A stretch of 63,980 nt of DNA, the filler included, from Piptocephalis cylindrospora (Eukaryota): NCBI GenBank assembly GCA_003614145.1. It is 3 parts of 3 records of this genome, joined end to end, with 100 filler letters (N's around TTAATTAATTAA, not from the genome) between each part and the next. Parts side by side here need not be neighbours in the genome. Positions count along the whole stretch, not along the records: positions 47,925 to 63,980 come from KZ987875.1; 2 more parts are not named here. One strand, given 5' to 3'. The notes beneath the pieces were generated by a model that searched no databases, was not told the origin of the DNA, and saw only the letters and a program-made list of their open reading frames with translations. A program made the translations under genes and the position numbers. Shown here piece by piece: positions 48,516 to 60,935 of this stretch (positions within the stretch are counted from its first letter, which is position 1; each line of letters starts with the position of its first letter).

Positions 48516-51500
48516 CTAGGCAGTTGCAATGGCTTGGTTAGGAGTATTGACGCCCCATGAAGTGCTCAAGTTTGGATCAAGCTTGTGACCTTTCATTCTG
48601 TGGAAGAAACCTGGATGAATAATGGGAGACGCCTTGTGTAAATCCTGAGGGACGCTGGCTGTAGGATTTTGGGAAACAAAGGTGGCCATCTTTTCCAGCA
48701 TGGCCGGGGTCCAAGTGACCCCTCCCTTCAGGTACCCAAAAGTGGTCAAGAAAGAGAGGATGGAAGCAATGTCGGGGTTGTTGGCGGTAAGAGTGGTCGA
48801 GCCTCCTCCCTTGGTAGGACCAGCCGGCAATGTGCTACCCGTGCCAGCTGATGCTACTGCCGAAGTAAGGCTTGAGGTAGCAGCAGAAGCGGTGCTGTTG
48901 GAGGCGGAAGATGGGCTTGAGGAAGATGGGCTTGAGGAAGATGAGCTTGAGGAAGATGAGCTTGAGGAAGATGAGCTTGAGGAAGATGAGCTTGAGGAAG
49001 ATGAGCTTGAGGAAGATGAGCTTGAGGAAGATGAGCTTGAGGAATCCGAGGCATCCGCCCCCAAGGCGCTGAGCAGGCGAATCCCTGTATACGATAAGGG
49101 ACACGGGTTCCCTGTAGGCTTGAGCCCTGAATCAGCGAGGCCTGCTGGTAGGGCAACACCGGCCCCGACAGTCAGGAAATTACAATCGGCCAATAAGAGG
49201 CCCAGGGCATGAACCATGGCCTTAGAATACGTCTTCTTGGGTGTATTGGTGGTTCCATTGGTGCCAGCAGGCGTTATGGTCTCAGCCACAATGGCCGCAT
49301 TGACTTGAGCAACATTGGCTTTCCGAGCTTTCTCCTGAGCATCAGTATGAGCCTTATCTATGACCTGGCGATCCGCCGTCGTTGACTTGAGATTAGAAGG
49401 ATCAGTCGCATGATCTTTTAAGAAGGGGTACGTTGAAGGCTTCCCGGTGTAAGTGGAAGCCTCTCCGTGGGGCAGAACGTAAGACGGCAGATGCGCTTGA
49501 TCAGTGGAAGGTCGAGCGTCATGCAATGCAGTGGAAGGAGGCGCGATGCCATTGGCCTTGTAAAAGTCGTGGATAGCATTACCTGTGAGCAACGAGGCAA
49601 GAAGTGTGTTTTTTCCTTCGTTCTCCGCATAGTCAATCAGCTTTGTCGTTATAATTTCCTCATTGTGCTTACTCAACCGCCGGTCTCCAAAGGCCAGGGG
49701 GCTAGGGTCAGTCGGTGGGGTATGGGAGTGCTCGTAGGAATGTGAATTTTTCGGGGAATCGCCGCTCTTACTCGATCTTTCAATGGGAATGTAAGTGATA
49801 AAAGTAGCGCGATAATGATTTGTTAGAAAGGAAAAAGACTTACGTGCTAGCAATGTTGGATGGATTCCATCCTTTCAAAAGCATTTGTGGACTTGTCTGC
49901 TGAGTAGAAGAGAGAGAGCTGCGTCGGGAACCCAAGCCAATATTGGGGGAGAGGTAATCCATGCTATGGCTATTCAATCTGGGAGTACTGCTACCCGAAG
50001 TGGATGGACTGGAATCTCTAGGGGCATTGAAAGTTGTCTTGGGGATAAGAGGGCTTTGAAGATGGTCGGATACACCGGGAGACAGTCCAGAGCGGGAGTG
50101 AATTTCACTCTCAGAGATATGGACTGCTGCTCGAGGAGACAAGTTATCATTGGTGATATCGGTCGCACTGGAAAGACCCTTCTTGATCGATGAACTGCCT
50201 TTTCCAGAGGATTCAACTGATTTCTGAGAGGATGAGGCGGTATGGGTACTATCAACCTCGTTAGGGGGACTATTCGAGATGGAAAAGCGATTTCCACTAA
50301 AGGAGCTTGCTGACTTCTGAGAGGATGACAAACTCTTGAACTTGTCCTCGGTCACATGACCATTCTCGAGAGTAGGAGAGTTGATCCCATTAGGGGCGGC
50401 TATATCTACCGGAGGAAAAGGAAATTCAGAATGAATTGATGTCTTAATAGCGCTATCCTTGGTAGATGAGCCATCTTTTCCAGGGGAGTTTCCAGGATTC
50501 TGAGAAGATGATGAACTCTTGAATTGGTCCTCAGTCACATGACCATTCTTGAAAGTAGGAGAGTTGACCTTGCTGGAGGCGGCTATGGCCTCCAAGAAAA
50601 CCAAGGGGTCCTTGGAATGACTCGAGACACTAGAGGTGCCTCCAGAGGCTGAGGTCCCAGTAGCGCTGGAATGTACTTTATCTGCCTGGGAGGGAAATCC
50701 TTCAGTCGGAGAAGTCGTTCTAAGCGGAGAGGAAAGTGGACTATCTTGAAATCCCTTTCCAAACTGGGCTGTATCCACTCGAAGAGGATTTGCATCCCTC
50801 GAGAAGCTATTCGCTTTGAGAGTCGTGATAGGAGTGTGCAAGTCTAATGGACCATACTTGACATCTATATCTCTGGTAGGTTTTTGATCGGCCTGTTTCT
50901 CCCGCATAACGTGCTCGTGAAGCCTCATTTCATCCCATGACTTCTTGGGACCGGGAGGGAGATGAAGAGAAGACTGAGTGAGGCCACTTTTCATTGTGGG
51001 ATGCATCAGATCAGGATTCGTCCGTACACTTTGGTCCGTGGGGGGACCGTTCAAAGAGTGAGTGGAACTGTCCATAGATGTACCAGTGGACGATAAAGGG
51101 AGCAGGCTGGAGGAAAGCTTTTTGAGATAGTCATCGGTAGATCCGGAGCCCGTCAGATGAAGCATGCCTTCCTGGGGTGATTTCGACCCTATGGAAATGT
51201 TTAGGTGAGACACAAAGGAAATTAAGACACCATCGCAGATCATCTTACCTTCCCTCGTCATGGTCATGGAGTTCGCTGAGGAGTACCCATTGACTTTGGC
51301 CTGAGCGGCAAATACAGCATTCTCACCGTTACTGGAAGTGGTTGAAAGAGACTCCATGGGGACCCCTAGCGCATAAGAGTTTGAAAGAGGGGGAGCGGCC
51401 GTTTTTTCGAAGAAGTTCATTGTCGGTAATTCCTTCTTTTCCTTTGATTTGACGGTAAGAGCGGGAGGAATATTGGCCAGAGTAGCATCCTAAAAAAGGA

Positions 51501-52849
51501 AAGGGCGGAGGATGAGGGTTGGCTAGAAAGGTTCACTCCATCCCAGACACGCTTACCTGACTCTTCTCGACCTGGGCTGGTGTTTCAGGAGGGCTGACAG
51601 GAAAATAACCTGAAGGTGGTCTCGGAGGCGCATGACTATTCCTCCCCTCTACGATGTGTGATTTATGTGGTTTATCTATATGATCCAAGTGAGGAGCAAG
51701 GGTGGGGATAGGACGATATGTAGATGATGAGGTAGAAGAAAGGAAGTGGAGCCATGGGAAATTTGGGGTGGGAGAGGAAGAATGAGAATGGGTGGGAGAG
51801 GGAAAGGGGAAATGGGTGGGAGAGGGAAAGAGAGAATGGGTGGGAGAGGGAGAGGGAAAATGGGTGGGAGAGGGAGAGGGAAAATGGGCGGTTGAAGAGG
51901 ACGGTGTAGAAAAGAAGGAAAATGGACGACGAAGCAGAGAAGATAGTGAGGATCCCCAGGAGGGCGTGTGGGATGGTGTATGGGACGGTGTGTGAGGTGA
52001 TGCATGGGATGGTGTAGGGGTTGATGTTGGGGGCGGTGTGAGGAATAAGGCAGAAGCCCGACGAGGGGTTGGATTTGGAGAGTGACGGGAAGTTGGGGTT
52101 GAGGTTGAGGTTGAAACGGAGTGAACAGATGAGGAGGGTTTTGAACGAAAAAGACCAAGAAGTCGGGAAAAGATCCCAGTAGACGATTTGGAGGTGGAAG
52201 ACGGAGATACGTTTGGGGAGGAGCGGGGAGAAGGAGAAGATGAAGATTCAGGAGTGGTGGGAGTGGGGAGATATGGCGTGGATTTAGGCGAAAGTAAAGA
52301 GGCGTGGGCCGAGTCGTGGACGGAAAGGTGTTTTTTAATTTCGGACGGGGGAGAGGGTGGGGGGGAGGAAGAACGGTGAGAGGGTTTTGAGGGAGAGTTA
52401 TTTAACATCGGAATAGAAAGAGAAGAGCTCCTACCAATGGGAGAATGATCAGGGGGATTCTTTGGGATAGAATGGTGATGGTCCGAATGGGCATTCACCT
52501 GGATGGAAGAAGAGGAGGCCGACCCATGGCCATGGTCGTGATCACCCGAGGACCGACGATGAAGATCGGGATGAGAAGGCTGGGAAAAATGGTGGGCACC
52601 ATGGTCAGCAGAATTCATAGACTTGTGAGATAAGGGAGGATGATGAGCAGAATGATCGGGGTGGTTCGTCATAGGGAAGGGCATGGGTAGACCAGAGGTC
52701 ACCTGTGCAAGGAATAAAAGAACGAGAGTAGCATGAAGCGCCAGGGGAAAGTGATCTCGTCGAGAGGAGGGAGAAGAGAAAGGGGAGAGGGAGGAAGAGG
52801 AAGAAGAGAAGGAGAAGGGGAAATGATCAGGGCCCAAAAGGAACCGCAT
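48516..52849 (-). CDS. Large (~1399 aa) Ser/Pro/His-rich, probably secreted protein, 3 exons
   Basis: Three ORFs join in frame via introns 51556-51490 (GTAAGC..TAG) and 49843-49777 (GTAAGT..AAG). Hydrophobic LHATLVLLFLAQVTSG near the N-terminus. Start codon uncertain. Confidence 0.7.
48906..49044. repeat. 15-bp coding tandem repeat x9 (GGAAGATGAGCTTGA), encoding poly-Ser on the minus strand
   Basis: Read directly. Confidence 0.95.
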
Positions 52850-55288
52850 CACGTTTAAATACCCAGAAGGATTGAGAAGGGGGGGGAGAGGAGGAGACCA
52901 AGCTATCAGAGATAGGACTGGTATGAAAAGGTCGTTACAAGAAATGGCAATAGGCGTAGGCGCCAAAGATCCTTGGCACGGCACAGGGGAGGAGCGGACC
53001 GGAGCGGAAGGGCAGGAAGATTAGGCGTATCGGCAGGAAAGGAGAAAACAAGAGTGTTGAGGGAATATGAATGCAGTAGGTCTCCCCCAAAGGGGAGGTG
53101 AATCCCCAGGATACGTTATATAGATGAACCCCTGGAAGAAAAAAAGATGGGCTGAAGGGTCGGGGTTCGAACCGGATGTTATTTGACTTAGGGCAACCTA
53201 AACCACATCTCTGCTGATCAACCGGTGGGCTGCGAGAGCCAAGCGGAGCTTAAACTAGTAGTAGGATGAAAGGAAAAAGAAGGGTATGGACACCACTCCC
53301 TATAGACGCGGATCTGGACCTTGGACGAGGGGGAGTAAGTTGTGGTAAGAAGCACGACACACACACACATGCACACATGTAAATAACGGAGGCTGAGGGG
53401 AAGGAGACGTGTGGGTACCCAAATGGCTCTATGTATGGGAGAGTGAGAGCGCGGTGTACAGAGTGTGGGGTGGGATTACGACCAACAAATGAGCCCATGT
53501 GCACTAGGTAAAAAAATCCGGCTGGCTGACCAGGACACGAGGAAAGAAAGGTCCATTGGCTAGGCACGCGGCTATCCTTGATAGAAGGATAATAGGCAAA
53601 ACAGAGGATGGGGATAGAGAGGAAAGGTGCCCCAGGTTATGTTGTGCTACATAGCACTGAAGAGGCAAAGGCGGAAAGACCAAAAGAGGTGGCATCAGCC
53701 TTGCAATCATCAGAAGTAGTACTTCGTGAATACCTTGGAAGTAACGGGAGGAATGGTGTCATTCTGGAAGGAGGCAGTTTAGTAGTGAGAGTGAATACAT
53801 GTATGGATGCATTGATGGATATTCAATTGCATGCTCCCATGATGTATTCTTTTGTAGAATACGCACTTTGGAGGATAGGCTGCTTAGAAAATGTGAGATA
53901 ATTGATCGAGACCATAAGCAGTCTGGCAGGGCCAAGGAGAGGATTGTACTATAGAACGTACACTAGAATAGCAATTCTGATCTTGTATATGGATTCCCAC
54001 TTCATGCCAGTGATTTACAGTCAGGTCCATTATGTCTTGACCGAGACAGTGTGATCATAAAGCCCTTCAAGTGGACCGATTCAGGGCCCTTCCATCCAGG
54101 CTGACTGTCCCTTTACTGTCACGGATTCATTCCTTTTCCATCACGACAAGTTAGTAGGGTTGCTCGCATCAACCAAAAGGCTTATTCGTCCAGAGGATAA
54201 GTCCTTGGATATCGGGATGGAACGGAAAGTGCAGGAGGCTGGAGTCCAGATACACGAAGCACGTGTATACTAAGCGGTGGTAGGCACAGATACGGAGTGA
54301 TTGGTTTGAGGATAAAAGACAGATCAGATATCGGAGAAAGCACGTCAGTTGCCATGACAGTGGATATTCATGAAGTTGGCTGAATTAAAATAAAGGGCCA
54401 ATTTTTAAATTATCAAAGAAACTAAGGATATTTATGATATTATTACCTCTAGGATAAGAGATAAAAAGTGAAGTTCCGGCCTCGATGGGCGCGACTGATC
54501 CAGTGGATATCAAGACCAGGCCAGCGCCTGGCTTGGATCCTCTTGGATAACTGAGTGTGGGTTTTGGGTGTTTCCTCTACTTTTTACCATTTTACGGTAA
54601 TGTGTGGTTTTTTTTTGACAATACATTACTCCTTTCAGATAAGGGATAAAAAGTGAAGGTGATGAGGATTGAAAGTCACCTCGTCCCGATTGGTACTGTT
54701 AGTACCCGTCTTTAGGGATGAACCTATGTATATTTTACATATGGGGTGCCTCTACCAGTGAATATTCCTTTGTATACTAAGCGAGTCCTGAGCCGAGGTC
54801 AGATCCAGAAATACTTTCAAAAAAGGGTAATTTCAATGGTCATTATTACAGCTCTTGAAAGACCACGTATTATTCACACTCCGTATGACCCTTATAAAAA
54901 AGTGAAGGATCACCTAGACCTATAAAGGAACTTGCTCCTAGTAATCATGGAATAGTCATGGTTATAGAAATAGGTTGGGCTCTTCCTCCCTCATGCTTTC
55001 TTGCTCTTCCCTTTCATGTATAAGCTTGGCTTGTTTCACGGATGGAGTTGGTGCATTGATGCGGGGGATAAGCACATTATCGCTTGACAAGAGATGGGAC
55101 GGTCAAAGTCTACTTGCCCACAGCGGCCTGTTTCATTCACGAAGCTGTGCGTGTGATGACAATCATCCCACGACTCCCTTCTCCTTCTCCTCCTCTTCAT
55201 CCCTCTCTTTCCTTAGCCCAACCCTCTACCCATCACTTTCTTCTACCCAACTCATCACTCCCTGATCCTGGATAAAGAAGCACCACAG

Positions 55289-57188
55289 ATGCCAGAAGAG
55301 GTTCTGCCCAAAGAGTCGGGGGAGTCAGACAATCCCAAAACAGATGCCACTTTCTTTGCTCCGTTCCACTCGGCCCTCCAGGCCATTCGATATGCCTTCC
55401 CCTCAAACGAAGAGCTCCAGAGAATGAGCCCAGATGAACAGCAGCGATACCGGGATCGACACGTTCTCTTCTCCCTGACTGAGCAATATTTCCAGCTGCT
55501 GCGACAAGCTCAATTGGATGGTCGGTACGTATTTCCTTGATAACAATGGGAAATGTGCTCTTCGAATGACAGCTAAACCCCCTCCTAACCCTGCTTGATT
55601 TTTCCGTCATCCTCATTCTTCCGCCAGGTTCCCATCCATCCCAGATCTTCAGACACCCTTCCAGCCCACCACCAAGAAGACTTCACCGCCCCCCCCCCTC
55701 CTCCTCCCAGCAGTACCCTGTATGCTCTATATGTCTGGATGAGGTCACCCCTTTGTATTATAAGGATCACATGAAAAAGACCGATGTGGCCTGTGCGCAA
55801 CTCGCCTGCATGCACCCATTTCACCTGAGCTGCATTGGGTCCTACTTTAACAGTACCGGTCTGATGAAGTGCCCTACCTGTCGCTTTACCCATGAAGATC
55901 AACCCGGAGACGGATGGAGGTACTCGGACAGACCCCCTTCCCCCACTGTCCCAGACCCCCCATGGAACGGGGGGATTGAGTACAGCCCTCGGTCAGAGAG
56001 ACGGTTGACAGATATGGATATGGCTCGACTGGGACTATCAGAGGATTTCCGCTTTTCCCTCACCTCACCCATAGCATTGGATGAGATGAGTAGTTTGGAG
56101 GAATATGCAAACGCTATGGAGTTCTTTTCCTCCCCGGAGGAGCCAATGTCTCATACGAGACCAGGCTCCAGAAGCCGTAATCGTACTGGTGATGACTCGT
56201 GGAGATCTCCGACCCTTGAGGCCACAACTCCATCCCGTCCGTTTAGGGAAGAAGGTAGGTTTACTGTTGAGAACTTATGCAAGCCCCAGCATATCATTTA
56301 CTTTTTCTCAAATCACACTCAGGTGGATCTCGATGGGTACTTGAATCTCCCAGGACTTTTTTAGAAAGTCGTCGTACGACTGCTTCTGGCCCCTTTGGTA
56401 TCATGAGAGGCGGTACCTATGATATAGATAGCGGGGACGATACTGTGGAGGAGGAGGAGGATGAGGAGGAGGAGGAGGAGGAGGAATCAGGACGATCTAG
56501 ATTGTCCAACATGATTAGAAGGATAGGTAGGGTTGGTGATGGATATGGTTTACGAAATGATTCATCTTCTGATGATAACGGTGAAGGAGGGTTAAGGGAG
56601 GAAGCTGAGGAAGGGGAGGGAAGGACAAACCGGGTTTACTGGAATGAAGGAAGGATTGAGCCAGACTATCCGCCTGGATACCGCGCGGCCCTTTTTACTG
56701 AACCCGTAGAACAAGAGATTTTCCAGAATCACGATGACCTGGAGCAGGGGGAGTGGATGGGCGCCCTTCGACGGATCGTCCAGGACGGTCGCCGACGGAT
56801 TGCAAATATTCATCTCCCCGGGAGAGATGTCGATGAGGAAGAGAACGATGATTTGGCTAATTCAGCTAGATCCTCGGGTTTAAGCCAGTCTCCCGGCCCA
56901 TCTCCTCTTACAAGCCCCTCATCACCCAATCTTCTCTCTTCTCCCTCGGAACACTGGTCATCCCAAGAAGAAGAAGAGCCTGGGAGAAGGTACGATTCGT
57001 CTATGGGTCGTTGGACTATGGAAGAGAGTTATACACGTAGATCATCCCTCCTGGAAGACCTAGCAAGGGATCAGGAGATGATTGCAAGAGTTCGGGCAGA
57101 ATTAACGGCTCGTCGGGTGGATTATCCCTTGGACGAGACCATGGATGAAGCCATGGATGAGGCCATGGAGAACAGGAGGGGTAGGTGA
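55289..57188 (+). CDS. RING-H2 finger protein (putative E3 ligase), at least 3 exons
   Basis: CSICLDE...CMHPFHLSCIGSYF...CPTCR at ~55723-55883, then an acidic C-terminal exon. The first acceptor and the 3' end are uncertain. Confidence 0.78.
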
Positions 57189-58502
57189 CAAAGAGCCAAT
57201 CGTGAGAGGTATCAACAAACCTCGAGTCGGTATTCACCCTTCCGATCCCCCCCCTAACATGATCTAATGGGGAAAACGAGGAGGAGGAGATGGAAGAGAA
57301 AGAGGTATGAAGTTCAAGTACACTGGGAGTACCAAAGATGTTTTGGCGAGCCCTGGGAATGGCGGTGATCCTTTGACCTACGATGAGCCTTAAACCTCTT
57401 CACCTGCCACACTCAACAAGATGGTTTTCATTTCTCATATATTTACGCAAATAATTCTTATAAATCGAAGTAAGGCTAATTGATGCGGTAGAATAATGGA
57501 CATATAGTGATCTATTTTTTATGCATCTTCAACTTCCACTCCCTTCAAATACAATACTATTGAGGCTAAACATCATTTCAGCTGTGCTGGAATTTGGGTC
57601 TCTTGAGCCGCTCTGGTAAGGGTGATTTAAGGCTTTTTGAAAAATGTAATGAATATGCTATTTATTTATCCGCTTCAAAAATATCGCCTCGATAAAGCGG
57701 AGTAGGACTTGGTCGCTGATCACCATTACAAAGTTGGTAGCCACGTTTCAACCAAGGGAACTCTCTTCCATTGCATTTCCCAAATAAGCTCAGACCTCAA
57801 AGCATTCTCGTCATGGGACAAGATCCATACTTTTGATACCTATGGCGATTCACTCTGCCCATCCTGCATTTCATTATCACTGATCTTCTTTTTCCCTGCT
57901 TGGGGCCTCTACTTCCGCACATACTCACACACAAGGCTCTCTCTGAAACACCCAGCCCAATGGATATCTCTCTGCATGACTAGTTGGTGTACCATAACTC
58001 CAGTATCCCACATACTGGGCCTTTATCTATAATACCCTGTGATAGGTTGTATCGACTAGAAGGCGGAGAAAGATTGTTGCCCTCCTCCCTCTCAGGGTGT
58101 GCATCTCCATGCCCATATCCCCCATTGTTTCTGGAGGTTTTGGACTCAAACATCTCCGCCTGACTCCTTTCGATTATGCTTCCTTCATATGAGAAAAGGG
58201 ATTCACCTATTCCAACATACACCTTTCCTGGGCTGAATACCTTGGATATCTATATAAACCCATCAATTCATCATGCTCTTTTCATTACCTGCCCTTCCCC
58301 CATTAAACCTTGCTCTGCCCATCACCATCCCGTCTAACTCCACTTCATCCCTGCAGCTGTGCTGCTTGAACCCAATCCACATCCCCCCTTTCAGGCTCTC
58401 CGTCCTCTTCTGTTCCGCCCCATCTCATCCTTGTAGCTGTGCTACTTTCATCAGACCAACCTCCCCTCCTCTCAGGCTTCTCATCCATTCTTCCGCAACA
58501 AA

Positions 58503-59168
58503 ATGCTCTTTAGCTCCGCCTCTCGTTCCCTCGCCTGGGCCGCTCCCTTCGCCATCATGGCTCTCTTCTCCTCCTTCTTTATCGTACATGGAAGCACCCT
58601 GCCTACGATGATTGTTCCCATTGAATGTCGGAACTTTGATCCCCTTCTTGCCACCGAGCTTATCAACAAGCATCGCAAGGCGCAGGGACTTCCCTACGCT
58701 GGAAATCTTGAAACCTTGAACCGTGTTGCTGCCTCTCGTGCCTGGGATATGGCTAGCCACAATTCGATGACTCACAAAGATTCCCGGAACATTACCGTCA
58801 TGGATATGCTAAATGAGGCTGGGTGTACTAATTGCGTCAGCGCCACCGAAGTCGTTTCCAACGGGTACCGCAACGTTGCGGATGTTATCAAGGCGGTTTA
58901 TTTGACTCGAGGCGCCATCAATGAAGGCGTCAAAGATCCATACACCCACTTTGCCATGGCTGCTTGGTACAGCGAATCGGGCATCCCCTATTATAGCCTC
59001 ATGTTTGCCAAGGTGGCCGGTAAGAAATTCAATTACCCCATCCGTCCTCAGCGCCTTGCCGGGCCATCCCCCGTTTGCGGCTCTGTAAAACTGAATGAGC
59101 CTATTCTGACCGGTCCCAATGGCATTCAGCCCTCTATCAACCTTGGCTCTGGACATCCTTCCAAGTAA
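58503..59168 (+). CDS. Secreted CAP/SCP (PR-1-like) domain protein; possibly exon 1 of a CAP-ubiquitin-like fusion
   Basis: Signal/TM segment, LINKHRKAQGL, LNRVAASRAWDMASHNSMTH, EVVSNGY, YTHFAMA, YYSLMFA. Confidence 0.8.
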   Translation: MLFSSASRSLAWAAPFAIMALFSSFFIVHGSTLPTMIVPIECRNFDPLLATELINKHRKAQGLPYAGNLETLNRVAASRAWDMASHNSMTHKDSRNITVMDMLNEAGCTNCVSATEVVSNGYRNVADVIKAVYLTRGAINEGVKDPYTHFAMAAWYSESGIPYYSLMFAKVAGKKFNYPIRPQRLAGPSPVCGSVKLNEPILTGPNGIQPSINLGSGHPSK

Positions 59169-59330
59169 GTTCCCAACAGAAAGCAATGAAGCTTCTTGTC
59201 AAGAGGCGATTGCAGACCTTTTCAACGATCGCAATGCCTATCCGACATTAAGTAGAGTTGAATGAGGCTTATATTTCCTTGGCTACTGTTTGTTGAGGAC
59301 GAATGTCGCTCACTCTTTCTCTTATTTTAG

Positions 59331-59583
59331 CATCAAGATGCAGATCTTCATCAGGACCTTAGTTGGCAAGATCATCACTCTCGAGGTGGAGTCCTCCGAT
59401 ACCATCGACGATATCAAGGCCAAGATCCAGGACCAGGAAGGAGTCCCTGCAAGTCAGCAGTATCTGTCCTTTGCTGCTAAGAGACTCCAAGGTCGCCTTA
59501 CTCTCTCCGATTACAACATCGTGAAGGAATCTGTCCTAGATTTGAAGCTCCATCTGTCTAGCAGCAGCAATGAGACATTCTAA
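59331..59583 (+). CDS. Divergent ubiquitin-like domain lacking the C-terminal diglycine (ATG at 59338)
   Basis: [37 protein letters not shown]...[27 protein letters not shown] aligns with ubiquitin without gaps and is preceded by a branch point, pyrimidine tract and AG acceptor. Confidence 0.8.
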
Positions 59584-60935
59584 TTCTATGATACAATGGA
59601 TCCGGATTAAGTCGTTGATGCTGGGAGTTTTTTCCATCACTTCCACCGCCTCTAACACTTAACTACATCCTGGACTCCTTCTCTTCAACACGCCTGAGCA
59701 TAGATGAGCTTTCTCTTTTCTGTGCTCAGGTAAATCTTATGCCCATGCTCGCCACATAAATATTCGCAAACTAGTAAATTTTTCTCTTTTCTCTGCTTAA
59801 CCCATCATTTTACGATAGAGAGCGTATGTGTTTTGGCTGGATGGAATGGATCAGAGAGATCAACCCCACAGATGATGGGTAGTATGAGGGGATCAAAGAA
59901 GACCCTCTCTCCCTAGACTGGGGCTCCTTATCCCCCTCCATTATCCACGCTTTCATCCATCCACTCCCAGATGTTCAATCCTCCACACCTATTCCTACAT
60001 CAGGGACATCCTTCATACCGACGGAGGGCCTATCATTATGGACTCCACCTAGCGCAACAAGAAACATAACAAGATTGATATTAACCCACCCGTAAATATA
60101 TCCAATGGTCCTAGGCTCAAGACCCACAGCGGCCTAAATTTTCGTTCTCTTCCTCTGCGCCAGATCAAGCCCATGAACTCCAATGACAATGTCTTCAGTA
60201 TACCCACATATCCCATCGATTGACTGGAGGGCAGATGCCGTGTTCGGATTCCCTTGCCTAGCTCACCAGAGGAAAACGTACCGGTTTCATCATCATCATC
60301 ACTACGAAGATCACTCAATAAAAAGTAAATGGTAACCTTGTTCTTGTTTGATGGATCCCCTTACGTGCAGCGGTCAAGGATATTTGATCCCGCGTTCCAC
60401 TTGAAAAAATTTCCGTGTGAATGGCTAACTTTAGCCTCTTCAATTGACCTATACCGTAATGGACGAAAATGTACGCTGTATGGTACAAGCTTGCATCCAC
60501 ACAATTCAGCGAGACTGGGTTCATTTTATGCCTTTATACACAAAGGCAGCCGTCCCACTTTGATAGGGCCATCTAATGCGACTGGACAAGGGCCTTTGCA
60601 TCATACAATCATTCTCCACATGCGTGGTATATAGGCATTGCTATTATTATTATTATGCATTCCGTGAGCAGTAGACTCCAACATAGTCATGCAGTAGATG
60701 TGGGCTGTGATGACATGAAAGAGTTACTGTAATAGATGACATTATTTCTTGGGGTAATAGGACACTTATCCTCTTCGCTTCACATACACGGGGGAATAAG
60801 AATGATTTGATCCACTTCTTCACTCACTCCTCCTCGCCAGTCCACACCCTCGAGCATTGTACAGATGGATATCACAACTCTTCATCCTCTTCAGGTCGGG
60901 GAACAAAAGAGAGAGAGAGAGAGAGAGAGAGACCT

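Noticed and set aside
48682..49212. Plus-strand (LEEDE)n ORF and the minus-strand LKLIF and QAHLP frames
   Set aside because: Shadow frames of the 15-bp repeat. The poly-Ser frame is the one continuous with the spliced gene.
55689..55698. Apparent frameshift at a C10 run in the RING gene
   Set aside because: An acceptor at 55652 restores frame with the GTACGT donor at 55525, so no frameshift is needed. A homopolymer error cannot be excluded.
59700..60750. Possible small multi-exon membrane-protein gene on the minus strand (60049-60318 ORF)
   Set aside because: One plausible exon, but no defensible start, stop or family.
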